The notes: a model not told the origin generated them from the sequence alone. A DNA stretch of 64,000 bases from Bacteroidota bacterium (GCA_029262835.1 JAJCYQ010000095.1:71573-135572), one strand, 5' to 3'; positions 28,714-40,000 are shown, counted from the stretch's first letter. Numbers and translations are program-made.

Positions 28714-28722
28714 CAATACGTC

Positions 28723-30480
28723 ATGAGTAGATCGTCCCTTCTTCTGTCCATGTGTGCCGTCCTTCTATTGGGGAGCATGCACGGGGATCCATACCCCGAC
28801 AATTATTTCACCTCTCCGCTTAACATCCCCCTCATTCTTTCTGGAGGATACGGCGAAATGCGGTCCAATCATTTTCATGCGGGTCTGGATATCAAAACCC
28901 AGGGTCGTACCGGCCTCCCTGTGCTGGCGGCTGCCGACGGGTGGATATCCCGGATCAACGTCAACGCTGGCGGATACGGTAATGCGCTGTACATCAACCA
29001 CCCAAACGGCCACCAGACCGTCTACGCTCACCTTGACTCATTTGCCGAACCCGTCGCCAGTTTCATTGAGCAGCACCAGTATTCCCAGGAATCCTTCGAG
29101 GTACAGATTTTTCCGGAAAGAAATCAATTCCCGGTCTCACAGGGTGAGATCATTGCCCGTTCCGGCAACTCGGGCAGCTCCGGTGGACCGCATCTTCATT
29201 TTGAAATCCGCGACGCCGGCACCGCCGAGCCGCTGAACCCGCTTCTTTTCGGAATTGATGTCAAAGACTCCCTGCCGCCCCGCATATTTCGGTTCAAGGT
29301 ATACGCTCTCGACGATGATTCCGTGATCCGACTGCGTGACAGTCAGACGGGTGGATGGCGCATTGTCTCCGGCAGGGAGTCGGCCTTCGTGGACGTCCGC
29401 ACGGCGGCCGATGGATCCTACGAACCGGCGCGGGTTTCCCGCATCGAAGCGGCGGGACGGATAGGTTTCGGTATCCAGACACACGACTATCATGAAGGCG
29501 CTACGAATCGACTCGGAGCATACCGCATATTGCTGACGGCGAATGGGAATCGGCTGTTTTCCTCTGTCATGGAGCGTTTTTCCTTCTCTACGACCCGGTT
29601 CCTGAACGCACACGTGGACTACGCAGAGCGCAGAAGCAGCGGACGCTGGGTACAACGCAGTTACCTGCTTCCAGGAAACGAACTGGCCATATACGATGCT
29701 CCTGGACGCGGTATCCTGGAAGCCGGGGGAAGTGACGCCGTCCATGAGATGCATTATTCTGTCGAAGATGCCTTCGGGCACTCGTCACGCCTCTCGTTTA
29801 CTGTGCTCGGCGCTGATCCAGCCACACCGGGTCAACCAGACAGTGACGCGGGCGCATCTACTGAAATCATGCACTGGGACCGCACGTTCACCTACGCCAC
29901 ACAGGACATGTCGCTGCGCATTCCGGCGCGGGCGCTCTATGATGATGAACGCTTCAGTTATGAGGTGCTTCCCAGGGTTGAGGGCAGGACGTTTTCCGAC
30001 AGACACCGGATCCACGATGCCGGAACGCCCCTCCACACAGCCATGACAGTCCGTCTTGCCGCCGATGACGTACCTCCTCAATTGTACGACAAAGTACTTG
30101 TTGGGATGACCGACAGCCGGGGTCGCATTTCGTCGGCCGGCGGAGCCTACTCGGGTGGCAACGTGTCCACGCAAGTCCGAAGTTTTGGTACGTTTGCCAT
30201 CGTCGCGGACACCACGGCACCCACGATATCACCACTCCGTCATTCCAGGACAGCCCGTAGCCGCGCATTGCGCCTGAGGGTCCGGGATGACCTGAGCGGG
30301 ATTGCCTCCTTTCGGGCAGAGATTGACGGCGAATGGAGATTGTTTGAGCACGACGCCAAGAACAGCCTCTTCGAGCACCGTCTGGATGAGCGGACCCCGC
30401 CTGGAGAGCACATACTGACCGTCCGCGTGGTTGACAACAAAGGGAACATAGGCCACCTCGAACTGCCGTTCAGGCGCTGA
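28723..30480 (+). CDS. M23-family metallopeptidase with a long C-terminal extension
   Basis: Signal-like N-terminus. M23 motifs HxxxD (NHFHAGLDI) and HxH (GGPHLHFEI). About 400 aa of uncharacterised beta-rich sequence follows. Confidence 0.85.
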   Translation: MSRSSLLLSMCAVLLLGSMHGDPYPDNYFTSPLNIPLILSGGYGEMRSNHFHAGLDIKTQGRTGLPVLAAADGWISRINVNAGGYGNALYINHPNGHQTVYAHLDSFAEPVASFIEQHQYSQESFEVQIFPERNQFPVSQGEIIARSGNSGSSGGPHLHFEIRDAGTAEPLNPLLFGIDVKDSLPPRIFRFKVYALDDDSVIRLRDSQTGGWRIVSGRESAFVDVRTAADGSYEPARVSRIEAAGRIGFGIQTHDYHEGATNRLGAYRILLTANGNRLFSSVMERFSFSTTRFLNAHVDYAERRSSGRWVQRSYLLPGNELAIYDAPGRGILEAGGSDAVHEMHYSVEDAFGHSSRLSFTVLGADPATPGQPDSDAGASTEIMHWDRTFTYATQDMSLRIPARALYDDERFSYEVLPRVEGRTFSDRHRIHDAGTPLHTAMTVRLAADDVPPQLYDKVLVGMTDSRGRISSAGGAYSGGNVSTQVRSFGTFAIVADTTAPTISPLRHSRTARSRALRLRVRDDLSGIASFRAEIDGEWRLFEHDAKNSLFEHRLDERTPPGEHILTVRVVDNKGNIGHLELPFRR

Positions 30481-31771
30481 GAAGGCGCGTCAACTCTTCC
30501 TGGTCGGCGTCAATTTGTTCTGCATAATGGGCGGCACTCGCCAATGTGGCAAGGCGCTCGGGTGTGTCCGGCGCCGCACCGGTAGCCTTTTTCACAGTTT
30601 CCGGAAACTTGGCCGGATGGGCTGTTGCCAGTACGATAACTGGGGGCGCGCCATCGGACCGGCCACGTGTCGCACGCAAAGCCACCGCCGTGTGCGGATC
30701 GGGCATATAGCCGGTCTCCTCCCATGTTTCCCGCATCTCCTCGATTGTCTCCCTGTCAGATACGCGTACGCCCCGCACGAGCCGCTTCAGTTCTGTGCGG
30801 TCGAACAGGTTTTCGAGCCGCTCAAAATTGCTCGGCGCACCAACGTCCATGGCATTGGACAGTGTTTTTACGGACGGGGCAAACCGGGCACCCTCGTCAG
30901 AGAGCCAGGATGGGAAGAAATCATTGGCATTGTGAGCGGCAATGAAGCCATTCGCCGCCATACCGGCCCGAAACGCCATCATACCCGCCGTCAGGTTGCC
31001 GAGGTTTCCGGATGGAACGCAGAATACGGGATCGGGTGTCGACGCCGCCCTGTGCCGCATTGTCCGGGCCGCGTGGACATAATATATCGTCTGGGCAAGG
31101 AGGCGCCCCACGTTGATGGAGTTGGCCGTGGTGAGGCGAATGTGGGACGGCACCTGACCGGTGAACGCGCCCTTCACCAGGCGCTGGCAGTCATCAAAGC
31201 TGCCCCTGACACAGACCGGTGTGACACCGGACCGGCGCAGCGTGAGTTGCAACTCCTGTGTAGGACTGACGCCGCCCTCGGGGTACAATATGACAACACG
31301 CACACCATCAATACCACTGCACCCATCGGCCACAGCGCTGCCCGTGTCTCCTGATGTAGCGACAAGAACTACAGTCTCCTGGTCCGATTCCTGCTGTAAA
31401 AGACCGAGCAGCCCGCCAAGCAGACGGGCTCCGAAGTCCTTGAACGACAATGTGGGACCATGAAACAGCTCGAGCATATGCAGACCACCGTCAGCGCCGA
31501 GCGGAACGAGGGGAACGGGGAATGTGAATACACGCCGCACCAATTGCTCCACCTGCAGGGAAGAGAGCCAACCGGACATCCATGGCGAGAGCATCTGCTC
31601 GGCGAGCTTGGCAAACGCATCGACATCACCTTCTACGTGTGCCCGCCTGGGCAGCAACGGGGGTATCTGCGTCGGGACATACAATCCACCATCGGGCGCC
31701 AATCCTTGTAGAACGGCCGTGCCGAGGCTGACAGGTTCCGAATTTCCTCGCGTCGATACGAAGCTGATCAT
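30470..31771 (-). CDS. thrC: Threonine synthase
   Basis: Track ORF trimmed to the ATG at 31771 (MISFVSTRGNSEPVS...), which forms an ATGA overlap with the thrB stop. PLP-lysine motif GPTLSFKDFG, then ATSGDTGSA. Confidence 0.9.
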   Translation of the reverse strand: MISFVSTRGNSEPVSLGTAVLQGLAPDGGLYVPTQIPPLLPRRAHVEGDVDAFAKLAEQMLSPWMSGWLSSLQVEQLVRRVFTFPVPLVPLGADGGLHMLELFHGPTLSFKDFGARLLGGLLGLLQQESDQETVVLVATSGDTGSAVADGCSGIDGVRVVILYPEGGVSPTQELQLTLRRSGVTPVCVRGSFDDCQRLVKGAFTGQVPSHIRLTTANSINVGRLLAQTIYYVHAARTMRHRAASTPDPVFCVPSGNLGNLTAGMMAFRAGMAANGFIAAHNANDFFPSWLSDEGARFAPSVKTLSNAMDVGAPSNFERLENLFDRTELKRLVRGVRVSDRETIEEMRETWEETGYMPDPHTAVALRATRGRSDGAPPVIVLATAHPAKFPETVKKATGAAPDTPERLATLASAAHYAEQIDADQEELTRLLSA

Positions 31772-32724
31772 CTCGTGAAGGGGGTTGCTTCTGCTATTCG
31801 GACGCCGATCGGGTCGACAGAGGTTGCCTTCGCCAAACAGTCCACCCCGTGGTCTGCGCAGGCTGCCCGCATGGCCGCGGCAACATCGACACCAGAAGAC
31901 AGCGTTGGGCAAACGGCGAACAGGGCTGGTCCCGAGCCCGAGAGGGCCACACCAAGCGCTCCTGACTTGCGAGCAGCGCTCCGGATAGACTCATAGGGAA
32001 CCACGAGCGCCGCCCGCCTTGGCTCGATCAGTTCATCGGACATCACGAGCGCCCCCAATTCCTCTATATTGCCGCTCCGAATGGCATGTATCATCAGGCC
32101 AAGCAGCGAGGCGTGGCGCACGGCAGCTGCCAGCGTTACATGCTCTGGCAGGAGCTCACGGGCCTCACGTGTGAGCACGTCAATAGCCGGGATAACGACG
32201 GCAAGATGCAACGGCACCGGACAATCGACGCGGCGCGTGTGTTCTGGTCGATCTGACTGTGCCAGGACGAACCCGCCGTGCAGCGACGGCAGAACATTAT
32301 CTCCGTGGCGCGCTCCTGACGTGGTCTGCTCTCCGTCGAGCGCGGCTTCCCGGATAACATCTGTCTCCGACTCTTTTCCGTGCAGCGCCGCCACCGCAAA
32401 GGCGGCACCCACGGCACTGGCGGCCGAGCTGCCCAATCCGGATCCTGCCCGGCCCGTTTTTCGGATCAGGAGATGCACGCCTGCATTCGAGCCGAGGCGC
32501 TCAAGCATGGAGCGCGCCGCCACAAAGGCCGTGTTGTCCTCCGAGCGTACCGGCGCGCTCCAACTGGACTGCGGATCCCATTCCCAGGTCAGCGCCGACC
32601 TTTCCTGGCGTCGCGCCTGGATATGATCGCCAAAATCTGTAATGGCCACTCCAAGGCAATCGAACCCCGGCCCAAGGTTGGAGAGGGATGCCGGTGCCCA
32701 TACTGTTACCTCATCATGCATCAT
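31768..32724 (-). CDS. thrB: Homoserine kinase (GHMP family)
   Basis: APASLSNLGPGFDCLG and the GHMP ATP motif GRAGSGLGSSAASAVGA. ATGA overlap with the fbp stop. Confidence 0.85.
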   Translation of the reverse strand: MMHDEVTVWAPASLSNLGPGFDCLGVAITDFGDHIQARRQERSALTWEWDPQSSWSAPVRSEDNTAFVAARSMLERLGSNAGVHLLIRKTGRAGSGLGSSAASAVGAAFAVAALHGKESETDVIREAALDGEQTTSGARHGDNVLPSLHGGFVLAQSDRPEHTRRVDCPVPLHLAVVIPAIDVLTREARELLPEHVTLAAAVRHASLLGLMIHAIRSGNIEELGALVMSDELIEPRRAALVVPYESIRSAARKSGALGVALSGSGPALFAVCPTLSSGVDVAAAMRAACADHGVDCLAKATSVDPIGVRIAEATPFTR

Positions 32725-33758
32725 GGGTAGCGGAGCTCGCCCCGAAGAAACGACTCGGCCGTCCGAACCATGTCCACACAGCCAATATATACAGGAACGC
32801 GTTGGTGCAACTTCGTTGGCACAACGTCGAGCACGCGACCGGCGCCAGTTGACGCCGCGCCCCCGGCCTCTTCCACGATCATGGCGAGCGGGTTCGCTTC
32901 ATACATGAGGCGCAGCTTTCCCTCCGGGTTCTTGTGTGTCGCAGGGTAAATGTAGAGCCCTCCCTTGAGCAGGTTCCTGTGGAAATCAGCCACGAACGAG
33001 CCGATATACCGGGTTCCCAGGGGGCGCCCGGAGTCCGAATCCTCGTGTTGCATCCACTTGATGTGTTCCTTGAGGCCCTGCTCAAAAGAATTGTAGTTGC
33101 CCTCATTGACCGAGTACATCTTCCCCGTACGGGGCGTCTTTATTTCCGGGTGGGTCAGCAGGAACTCGCCGATAGCGGGATCGAGTGTAAAGCCGTTCAC
33201 ACCGTGCCCGGTCGTGTAGACCAGCATCGTCGACGAACCGTATACGACGTATCCGGCGGCAACCTGCCTGGTCCCAGGCTGCAGCGCCGACTCAAGAGTG
33301 GGTTCAGACACGTCGTCCGGCATCTGATAAATACTGAATATGGTCCCGACGGACACGTTGACTTCAATGTTGGACGACCCGTCCAATGGATCGAGCAGCA
33401 CGATGTACCGACCGGTATCGATCGACGTCCGCATGGGAATGGCCTCGGAATGCTCCTCCGATCCGATCAGGCAACACTCTCCTCCCCGCTTGAGAGCCCG
33501 AACAAATTCTTTATGCGCCAACGCGTCCATGATCTGCTGGACTTCACCCTGAACATTGATCTCTCCCGTCTGTCCGAAGACATCCACGATACCGGCTCGA
33601 CGCATATGCCAGTTCACAAGTTTGGCTGCTACGCTGATATCGCGCAGAAGCCTGGAGAAGGAACCGGTGGACTCGCTGACTTCCAACTGTCGTTCAATAA
33701 TGAACTGTTCGAGCGTTTTGAATTCACCGATTTCCCGGATACGCGAAGCTGGCTGCAT
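32721..33758 (-). CDS. fbp: Fructose-1,6-bisphosphatase, class 1
   Basis: LLDPLDGSSNIEVNVSVGTIFSI, GKMYSVNEGN and GKLRLMYEANPLAMIVEEAGG. Start set at the ATG at 33758; the track ORF extends to 33833 and would then overlap the upstream gene. Confidence 0.9.
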   Translation of the reverse strand: MQPASRIREIGEFKTLEQFIIERQLEVSESTGSFSRLLRDISVAAKLVNWHMRRAGIVDVFGQTGEINVQGEVQQIMDALAHKEFVRALKRGGECCLIGSEEHSEAIPMRTSIDTGRYIVLLDPLDGSSNIEVNVSVGTIFSIYQMPDDVSEPTLESALQPGTRQVAAGYVVYGSSTMLVYTTGHGVNGFTLDPAIGEFLLTHPEIKTPRTGKMYSVNEGNYNSFEQGLKEHIKWMQHEDSDSGRPLGTRYIGSFVADFHRNLLKGGLYIYPATHKNPEGKLRLMYEANPLAMIVEEAGGAASTGAGRVLDVVPTKLHQRVPVYIGCVDMVRTAESFLRGELRYP

Positions 33759-33802
33759 GTGGTTTTTTTTGAAGGTTGGAAGCTTGCCGGGAATATACGG
33801 TT

Positions 33803-34438
33803 TCAGAGCGGCATGGTCCGAAGTCGCGGGCATTCGGCGTCTGTACTACGCAGCTCTTCCATGAGCCGGTCCAGTTCCTGAGCCGAGTCCACATCGTACC
33901 AGTATGGCAGAATCGTTACATCGGCATCAAGGTGCAATGCGCGATCCGCCGTCTCCCTGAAAACCGTTTCTGTGGACCACGTCATGTTACGGAACAGTTC
34001 GGGATAGAGCGCACTCATGCCTATCAGATAGTACCCACCATCCTCGCTCGGCCCGAGAACGATGGTCCGGGGCTCACGAAGCGCCTCCATTGCCTCATCG
34101 ACGAAGGCGAGCGGCAGCGTCGGGTGGTCCGTGCCAATCAGAATCACCGCGTCATGACCTTCGGCCAGTCCTTTCGCGATTTCGCGCAGCATCCGCGCTC
34201 CCAGGTCCGGACCCTGCTGGGTTTCGACTACGATCCCGTCGGGCACATCGCCCGGCATGGCCTGACCCGCCAGGGACAGCGACAACTGCACGCGGGACTC
34301 GAATGGACGGAGGCGCGTCAGCGTATCGTGCATCATGGCGCTGTTCAGTTCGGCACATTTTTGTGCACCCAGTCTGGGCTCAAGGCGCGTCTTTACACGT
34401 CCAGGAACAGACGCTTTCCCCATGACAGTTACTTTCAC
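33803..34438 (-). CDS. DUF2064-type glycosyltransferase-like protein
   Basis: 211-aa ORF. N-terminal KASVPGRVKTRLEP and central DAVILIGTDHPTLP...GPSEDGGYYLIG are typical of the DUF2064 family. Four-nt overlap with the upstream gene. Confidence 0.7.
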   Translation of the reverse strand: MKVTVMGKASVPGRVKTRLEPRLGAQKCAELNSAMMHDTLTRLRPFESRVQLSLSLAGQAMPGDVPDGIVVETQQGPDLGARMLREIAKGLAEGHDAVILIGTDHPTLPLAFVDEAMEALREPRTIVLGPSEDGGYYLIGMSALYPELFRNMTWSTETVFRETADRALHLDADVTILPYWYDVDSAQELDRLMEELRSTDAECPRLRTMPL

Positions 34439-35556
34439 GACATCCTCCCCGCAACCCGCGCCGCACGCTCCGCAGCAAATTCAATGTCACGGGCGGAAGT
34501 ACGACCCCCGAGCGAGAAGCGAACGGCGCCACGCGCCACATCCGGCGGCAGGCCGAGCGCCATGAGCACGTGACTCGGCTTCATGGACCCACTGCTGCAT
34601 GCGGCCCCGGCCGATACCTCTACACCCTCCATGTCCAGTCCCAGGATGAGCATTTCGCCATCAAGGCCGCGCCCGTTCGCATCCAGAAAAATCGTGTGCA
34701 GGATGTGGGGGGCACTCTCATGCTCTGGCGCCGGCGTAATGCGCCGGACACGACCTCCGAGTGCGTCGGAAAGTGTGGCCCAGAGCGCCTCGCGGAGCGT
34801 ACGTACACGCGGCGACGTGACTTCCCTCTCCTCATCGGCCATTACCATGGCGCGGGCAAAACCAACAATTGCCGCCACATTCTCGGTCCCAGAGCGGCGG
34901 TCGCGTTCCTGTCCCCCTCCGCGAAGTAGCGGATGCAGATCGGCGCCCCGCCCGGTGACGACAGCTCCCACGCCCTTGGGGCCGCCCACTTTGTGACCGG
35001 ACAACGTCAGGTAACTGCACCGGGAAGCCAACGGACGCAGGTCATACCACGCCGCAGCCTGCACGGCGTCGGAATGCAGAAGGTAGTTGCCCGGTGCTGG
35101 CAGGACATTGTATGCACCCGTTTCGTTGTTCACCGCCATGATCGAGACCAGATCCCCGGGTTCAGGTACCTCAGTCAGTTCTGCACCTCCGTGCTCACCG
35201 GGCGCCAGCCAATGAACGCTGTAGCCGGCGCGCTCGGCCTGCTTGGCTGGAGCCAGTACGGCGTCGTGCTCAACGCGGGAGAGAAACAGCCGGCCCGATG
35301 GATACCCTCTCACATGCGAATGGATGACCTGGTTATTGGCTTCCGTGCCACCGGATGTAAATATCACCTGCGCGGGTTCAACGCCAAGTACACGGGCAAC
35401 CGATTCACGCGCCTGCTCGACGGCATGCCGCGCCCGACGGCCACGGGCATGCACGGAGGACGCATTGCCGAAGCCATCTGTGAGCCACGGCATCATGTCG
35501 GTCAGCACTTCCGGCCGAATAGGAGTCGATGCGGCGTGATCCAGATAAACGTTCAC
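34435..35556 (-). CDS. Cysteine desulfurase (class V aminotransferase, NifS/IscS-like)
   Basis: MNVYLDHAASTP, TSGGTEANN, the PLP-lysine in LSGHKVGGPKGVGA and the active-site Cys in SAGAACSSG. A GAGGTGA Shine-Dalgarno-like sequence lies just upstream of the ATG. Confidence 0.85.
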   Translation of the reverse strand: MNVYLDHAASTPIRPEVLTDMMPWLTDGFGNASSVHARGRRARHAVEQARESVARVLGVEPAQVIFTSGGTEANNQVIHSHVRGYPSGRLFLSRVEHDAVLAPAKQAERAGYSVHWLAPGEHGGAELTEVPEPGDLVSIMAVNNETGAYNVLPAPGNYLLHSDAVQAAAWYDLRPLASRCSYLTLSGHKVGGPKGVGAVVTGRGADLHPLLRGGGQERDRRSGTENVAAIVGFARAMVMADEEREVTSPRVRTLREALWATLSDALGGRVRRITPAPEHESAPHILHTIFLDANGRGLDGEMLILGLDMEGVEVSAGAACSSGSMKPSHVLMALGLPPDVARGAVRFSLGGRTSARDIEFAAERAARVAGRMS

Positions 35557-35700
35557 ATGTCACCTCGTTGATTACGGTCGTCGTGGCGCTGCTGTCGCCA
35601 CCTGCTTTCGTCGCCAAACGCCCTGGTGTCTCTGCAGATCCACGTGCCGTATCTTGGCGGCCGCATCCATCCAAGAACACCTTATTGGTACCGGCTCAAC

Positions 35701-36999
35701 ATGGACAAACTCGTCATCCGCGGAGGAAACCCGCTCCAGGGTACGCTCCCTGTAAGTGGATCGAAAAACACCGCGCTTGCACTCATGTCCGCGGCACTTC
35801 TTACACGAGAGCCGGTCATCCTCAGGCACATTCCGGACCTTAAGGACATCCGGACATTCTGCCGGGTCATGGAAGTTACAGGAACCGAGGTGGCGTTCGA
35901 TACTGGAGCACATACGCTGCGAATTGACGCAGGCCCACTCAACCGTAGCGAGGCACCCTATGAGCTCGTAAAGCGCATGCGTGCGTCTTTCTATATGCTG
36001 GGCGCCCTGTTGGGCCGTACTGGACAGGCTCGCGTCTCTTTGCCGGGTGGGTGCGCGTGGGGGCCCCGTCCGGTGGATCTGCACATCCAGGGCATGAAGG
36101 CCCTCGGCGCTGAGATTTCGCTCGACAAGGGTTATGTCGTGGCTCGTGCCCCGCTAGGGCGTCTGAAGGGTGGAGATTTCACACTCAGTCCCTCTTCGGT
36201 CGGCGCCACAATCAACTTCCTTCTGGCCGCTGTGACCGCCGCCGGCCCGTCACGCCTCCACGGTGCCGCTACCGAGCCGGACGTGATCGAATTCTGCCAG
36301 ATGCTGACGGCCATGGGTGCACACATTGAGGGCATAGGTACGCGGACCCTTATGATTTCCGGCGTCGATGCACTTGGGGGCGTTTCCTTCGACAACTGCC
36401 CAGATCGAATCGAACTTGGCACGTTCATGATCGCCGCCGCCATCGCTGGCCGTCCTGGCGAACCGGTGACGCTGTCGCACGCGCGTCCAGAGCACCTGGG
36501 CCAAGTCTTTCTGCAGGCTTTTGAACAGACCGGCAGCCGAGTCAAGGTCGACGGTTCAACGCTTGAGGTCATTCCACCGCACAGACTTACGCCAGTCAGT
36601 ATTTCCACGGATATCTATCCGGGTTTCCCGACCGATCTACAGGCACAATGGACCATCCTGCTCGCGTGTGCAGACGGTAATGCCAAGGTCCTGGAAACCA
36701 TTTATCATGACCGGTTCAAACACATTCCCGAACTGCGACGCATGGGCATCAACGCCGTCGTCGTCGGGAACGAAGTCGTCGTCGAAGGTGGGAATCCGAT
36801 TGAGGGAGCGGCCGTCATGAGCACCGATCTGCGGGCCAGCGTGTCGCTCGTTCTGGCCGGCATGGTGGCTCGCGGCGAAACCCACGTACTACGTATTTAC
36901 CACCTGGATCGCGGATATGAGGGCCTGGAGACGAAACTCGCTGCAGCCGGCATTGATGTGCGGCGCGAGCGCTACGACGAGTGGGCCGACCCGTCCTGA
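35701..36999 (+). CDS. murA: UDP-N-acetylglucosamine 1-carboxyvinyltransferase
   Basis: Track ORF trimmed to the ATG at 35701 (MDKLVIRGGNPLQGTLPVSGSKNTALALMSAALL). Catalytic-loop segment LPGGCAWGPRPVDLH. C-terminal IYHLDRGYEGLETKL. Confidence 0.95.
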   Translation: MDKLVIRGGNPLQGTLPVSGSKNTALALMSAALLTREPVILRHIPDLKDIRTFCRVMEVTGTEVAFDTGAHTLRIDAGPLNRSEAPYELVKRMRASFYMLGALLGRTGQARVSLPGGCAWGPRPVDLHIQGMKALGAEISLDKGYVVARAPLGRLKGGDFTLSPSSVGATINFLLAAVTAAGPSRLHGAATEPDVIEFCQMLTAMGAHIEGIGTRTLMISGVDALGGVSFDNCPDRIELGTFMIAAAIAGRPGEPVTLSHARPEHLGQVFLQAFEQTGSRVKVDGSTLEVIPPHRLTPVSISTDIYPGFPTDLQAQWTILLACADGNAKVLETIYHDRFKHIPELRRMGINAVVVGNEVVVEGGNPIEGAAVMSTDLRASVSLVLAGMVARGETHVLRIYHLDRGYEGLETKLAAAGIDVRRERYDEWADPS

Positions 37000-37045
37000 A
37001 CAGCCGCTGAAGAAATAGCAGGCCTGTTGAAGAAGTAGCGGGCTT

Positions 37046-40000
37046 CTATAAGCGTGCTGTCAGCTGAAACCGCCCCGTATGGATCGTGCGCCCACTTGAT
37101 GGAGCGCGGCCATCATAGGTGAGCCGCGCTGACAGCCGATCCGACAGCTCGGCCTGCAAACCAGTGCGCCACAACCACGAAGCCCCTCCTCCACGACCTT
37201 CTGTAAGCTGGAAACCCACGAGTCCTGCACTCGCGGCGCCCGCTGATCCAGAGCGTAGTGTAACCCGGGCATGTTCCAGGCGCGCAGTCACGCGTACACG
37301 GCTCTCGAGTGCCCAGGTCGACTCAATGGGCCAGATCCAGACGGATGCATTCGTCTCGGACTGCCGCTCCGTCTTGAACGACACGGCGGGATTGCTCGCC
37401 ACCGACCAGCGCCGCGTTACGGAAAGACGCGCCGAAGGACGAACGCGCCAACTCACCACATCAAAACTCCGAGTGGCAAACTGCGCACTTTCGGAGCGTT
37501 CCAGTTCGCGTGCCAGACCCAGCCCCCACGTCCAGACAGGCGTAGCCCGCCAGGATGTCTCAACATCCACAAGGTCCGTCCGCGAAGCCTCACTGCCCGA
37601 TGCCAGCGAGCTCAGACTGCGCACCGTTTGTGCGGTTACGTCCATATCGGCGCTGCGCACCCAGGGAAGCAGCGTTACCGTCTGTGCGACGCGGACGCGG
37701 CCGCGAATGGTTTCACCCGGCGTCCTGAACGTACCCAGTTTCAGCAGATAGACGTCGCGCCGTGAAGGGGTACGGCTGGTTTCCTGAACCTCCAGGACCG
37801 TTGTCGAGCCCAAACCTCCCAGCTTTTGCGTCCTTTCGGGCCTGATATCGAGTCGGATTCGACCCGTGACGCTTGTTACAGCCTCCAGGGAATCGGATGG
37901 CAGCAGCGTACGGACATAGTCACCTTCGGTCGGGTTTGTTTCTGGAATGAATTCGTCGAGCTGGATTACTCCATCGGTGTTCGCATCGACCCACACGAAC
38001 TGCCCTCGCTCGGGGCCTGTCCGGATGAAAATCTCCTGCAGCGTGGCCGAGCGCTCGCTTTTGGCATCGTAGAGCACATCGAGACGAGAACGACGAGATG
38101 GCCGGATCTGACCCGAGGCCGTCATGAGTAACGCGTCGTCGCTCGCCTGGCCGTCCTGGCGGGTCTGCCGCCAGCCCACGGATAAGTCCGTTTCAATTTT
38201 CGTGCGCGAGAGCCGACTGCCAAACCGAGACGTAAGAATGTCTACATCCGATGGCGCGGTGCTCCGACTGAATCGCGTCTCTGAGCGGACCTCGACTCCC
38301 AGGAATCCGCTCAATCCGCCACGCCCAGCGTCAAGGCCCGCACCATAGAGCGTGAAGTCGGGTTCGAGCGAGATGATGGCACGCTCCCCCTGGCGGGCGG
38401 TCATATGCTCCGATTCCCACCGGACCCATGGCCGAATGGAAATGCCATTTGGCGCCGCCATTCGTGCCGAATGGCGGCGCCAAACACCCTCCTGCAGGAC
38501 GCCGGGCCTCGATAAGCCGTCGCGCGTTCGAGTCCAGGACACGCGCGCATCCAGACTCGGTTTTCCCGGCTCAAACGACTGCACGGCAATGCGCTGCAGG
38601 ACGCCATCAAACGCAGAACCAAGATCCATTTTCTCAACCGTTGCATCAAGCCGTGTACTGTCGGCCAGTCCGACCGTCACACGCCCCGTGCTTCTCGCCT
38701 CCTCTTCGCCTGCTACTACATTCTGGGTGACCGCTGATCCCGGGCTCGAGGTAATATTCCACGTACGCTCAAATTCCACATCCCGCGTGCGATCGAAGGC
38801 TGTAAAATACGAGGAGCGACGTTCGAAGCGCCCTTCGGCTTCCACCCAGATGGACGGAGCGCCTGGCCGCCACCGGTCTGTTTTCAGCGCGGCGGCCAAG
38901 GCATTGCCGCGATCGTCGTTGTCATCGAGTGTCGACAGCCGATTACGATCCAGCCGTGATCCGGCCCACTCCAAAGAAACCTGGGCGAGCGGAAGCGCCC
39001 GGCTGACCATGTGTAAACTGACCAGTTCCTGACTGCGTGGCGCTGAAAGAGGCACTACCGGCTCATACTCACCCTGACCTTCCCCGACAAACCTGAAGAC
39101 AATACCATTCGCATTTCCAGCGCCTGTCCTGATGTAACTGCCCTCGCCAGCGCCGAGTCTCGTGAAGGTTACACGGAATACCCGCTCCCCCTCCATGGGC
39201 TCGCGCAGTACGGGAATGAAAACCGCCAGGGTATCTCCACCGGGCAGCACGCGCTGCTCTTCAAAGTACTGCGTAAACAACGCCTCCGGATCATACGTCA
39301 CTTCGCGCGCCCCGCTGCGCAGGGGCGTAGTGTCCCCTGCGCCTATGACGGCTGCGGAATCTTCCGCCGTAAAGGCCAACTCCTCGGTGAATGCATTCCC
39401 ATCCGCCTCCCTGATGGCCGTCACATCGATATCCGCATACCGCATGCGCGCACGTCCAGCCCCGAACACAAACGTTCGCGTAAACTGGTTCGTTGTAAAC
39501 TCGAACTCAACACGTATACGGCGTTCCCGCCCAATGATATGGCGTGATGTAAAGGAAACTTCTGCCGTCGTGTAGTCGATCGTATAATCTTCCTGTGCAC
39601 CGCGCGTGAGGAGCTGTCCATCGAGAAATACACGCTCCGATCCAGGAAGCACAAGGATGAACCGCTCACCCGTGGTGCCTTCGAGACGGTAGGGACCCTG
39701 TACGCCATCGAGTGCCTGGATCTGCTGCGAGCGGAAAACTCCCCGCGATGTGGCGCCAGCCACCCGTGTCTGCCACGGCGCCGTACCGCTCGAGGAGCTC
39801 CTTTCCACGCGGCTTCCGACTTCCAGAAACGCTCCCTGGAGACTCCGTCGTACGAGTCCGTACGTTCCGCTTCGGTGCATGACATCCACGTCTCCCAGTT
39901 GGAGTTCTCCGCGGTCCATTGAGAGTCGGATGAATACGCGATCGAACTGGTCGAGTCGCCGCGTTGTGCCCTGGGGCAGGACCGGCGTGTCCTCGTCGGT

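Noticed and set aside
37000-37045. Imperfect direct repeat GAAGAAATAGCAGGC / GAAGAAGTAGCGGGC between murA and the large OM protein gene, considered as a bidirectional terminator
   Set aside because: The copies are direct repeats, not inverted repeats. I could not fold a convincing stem-loop or find a U-tract.
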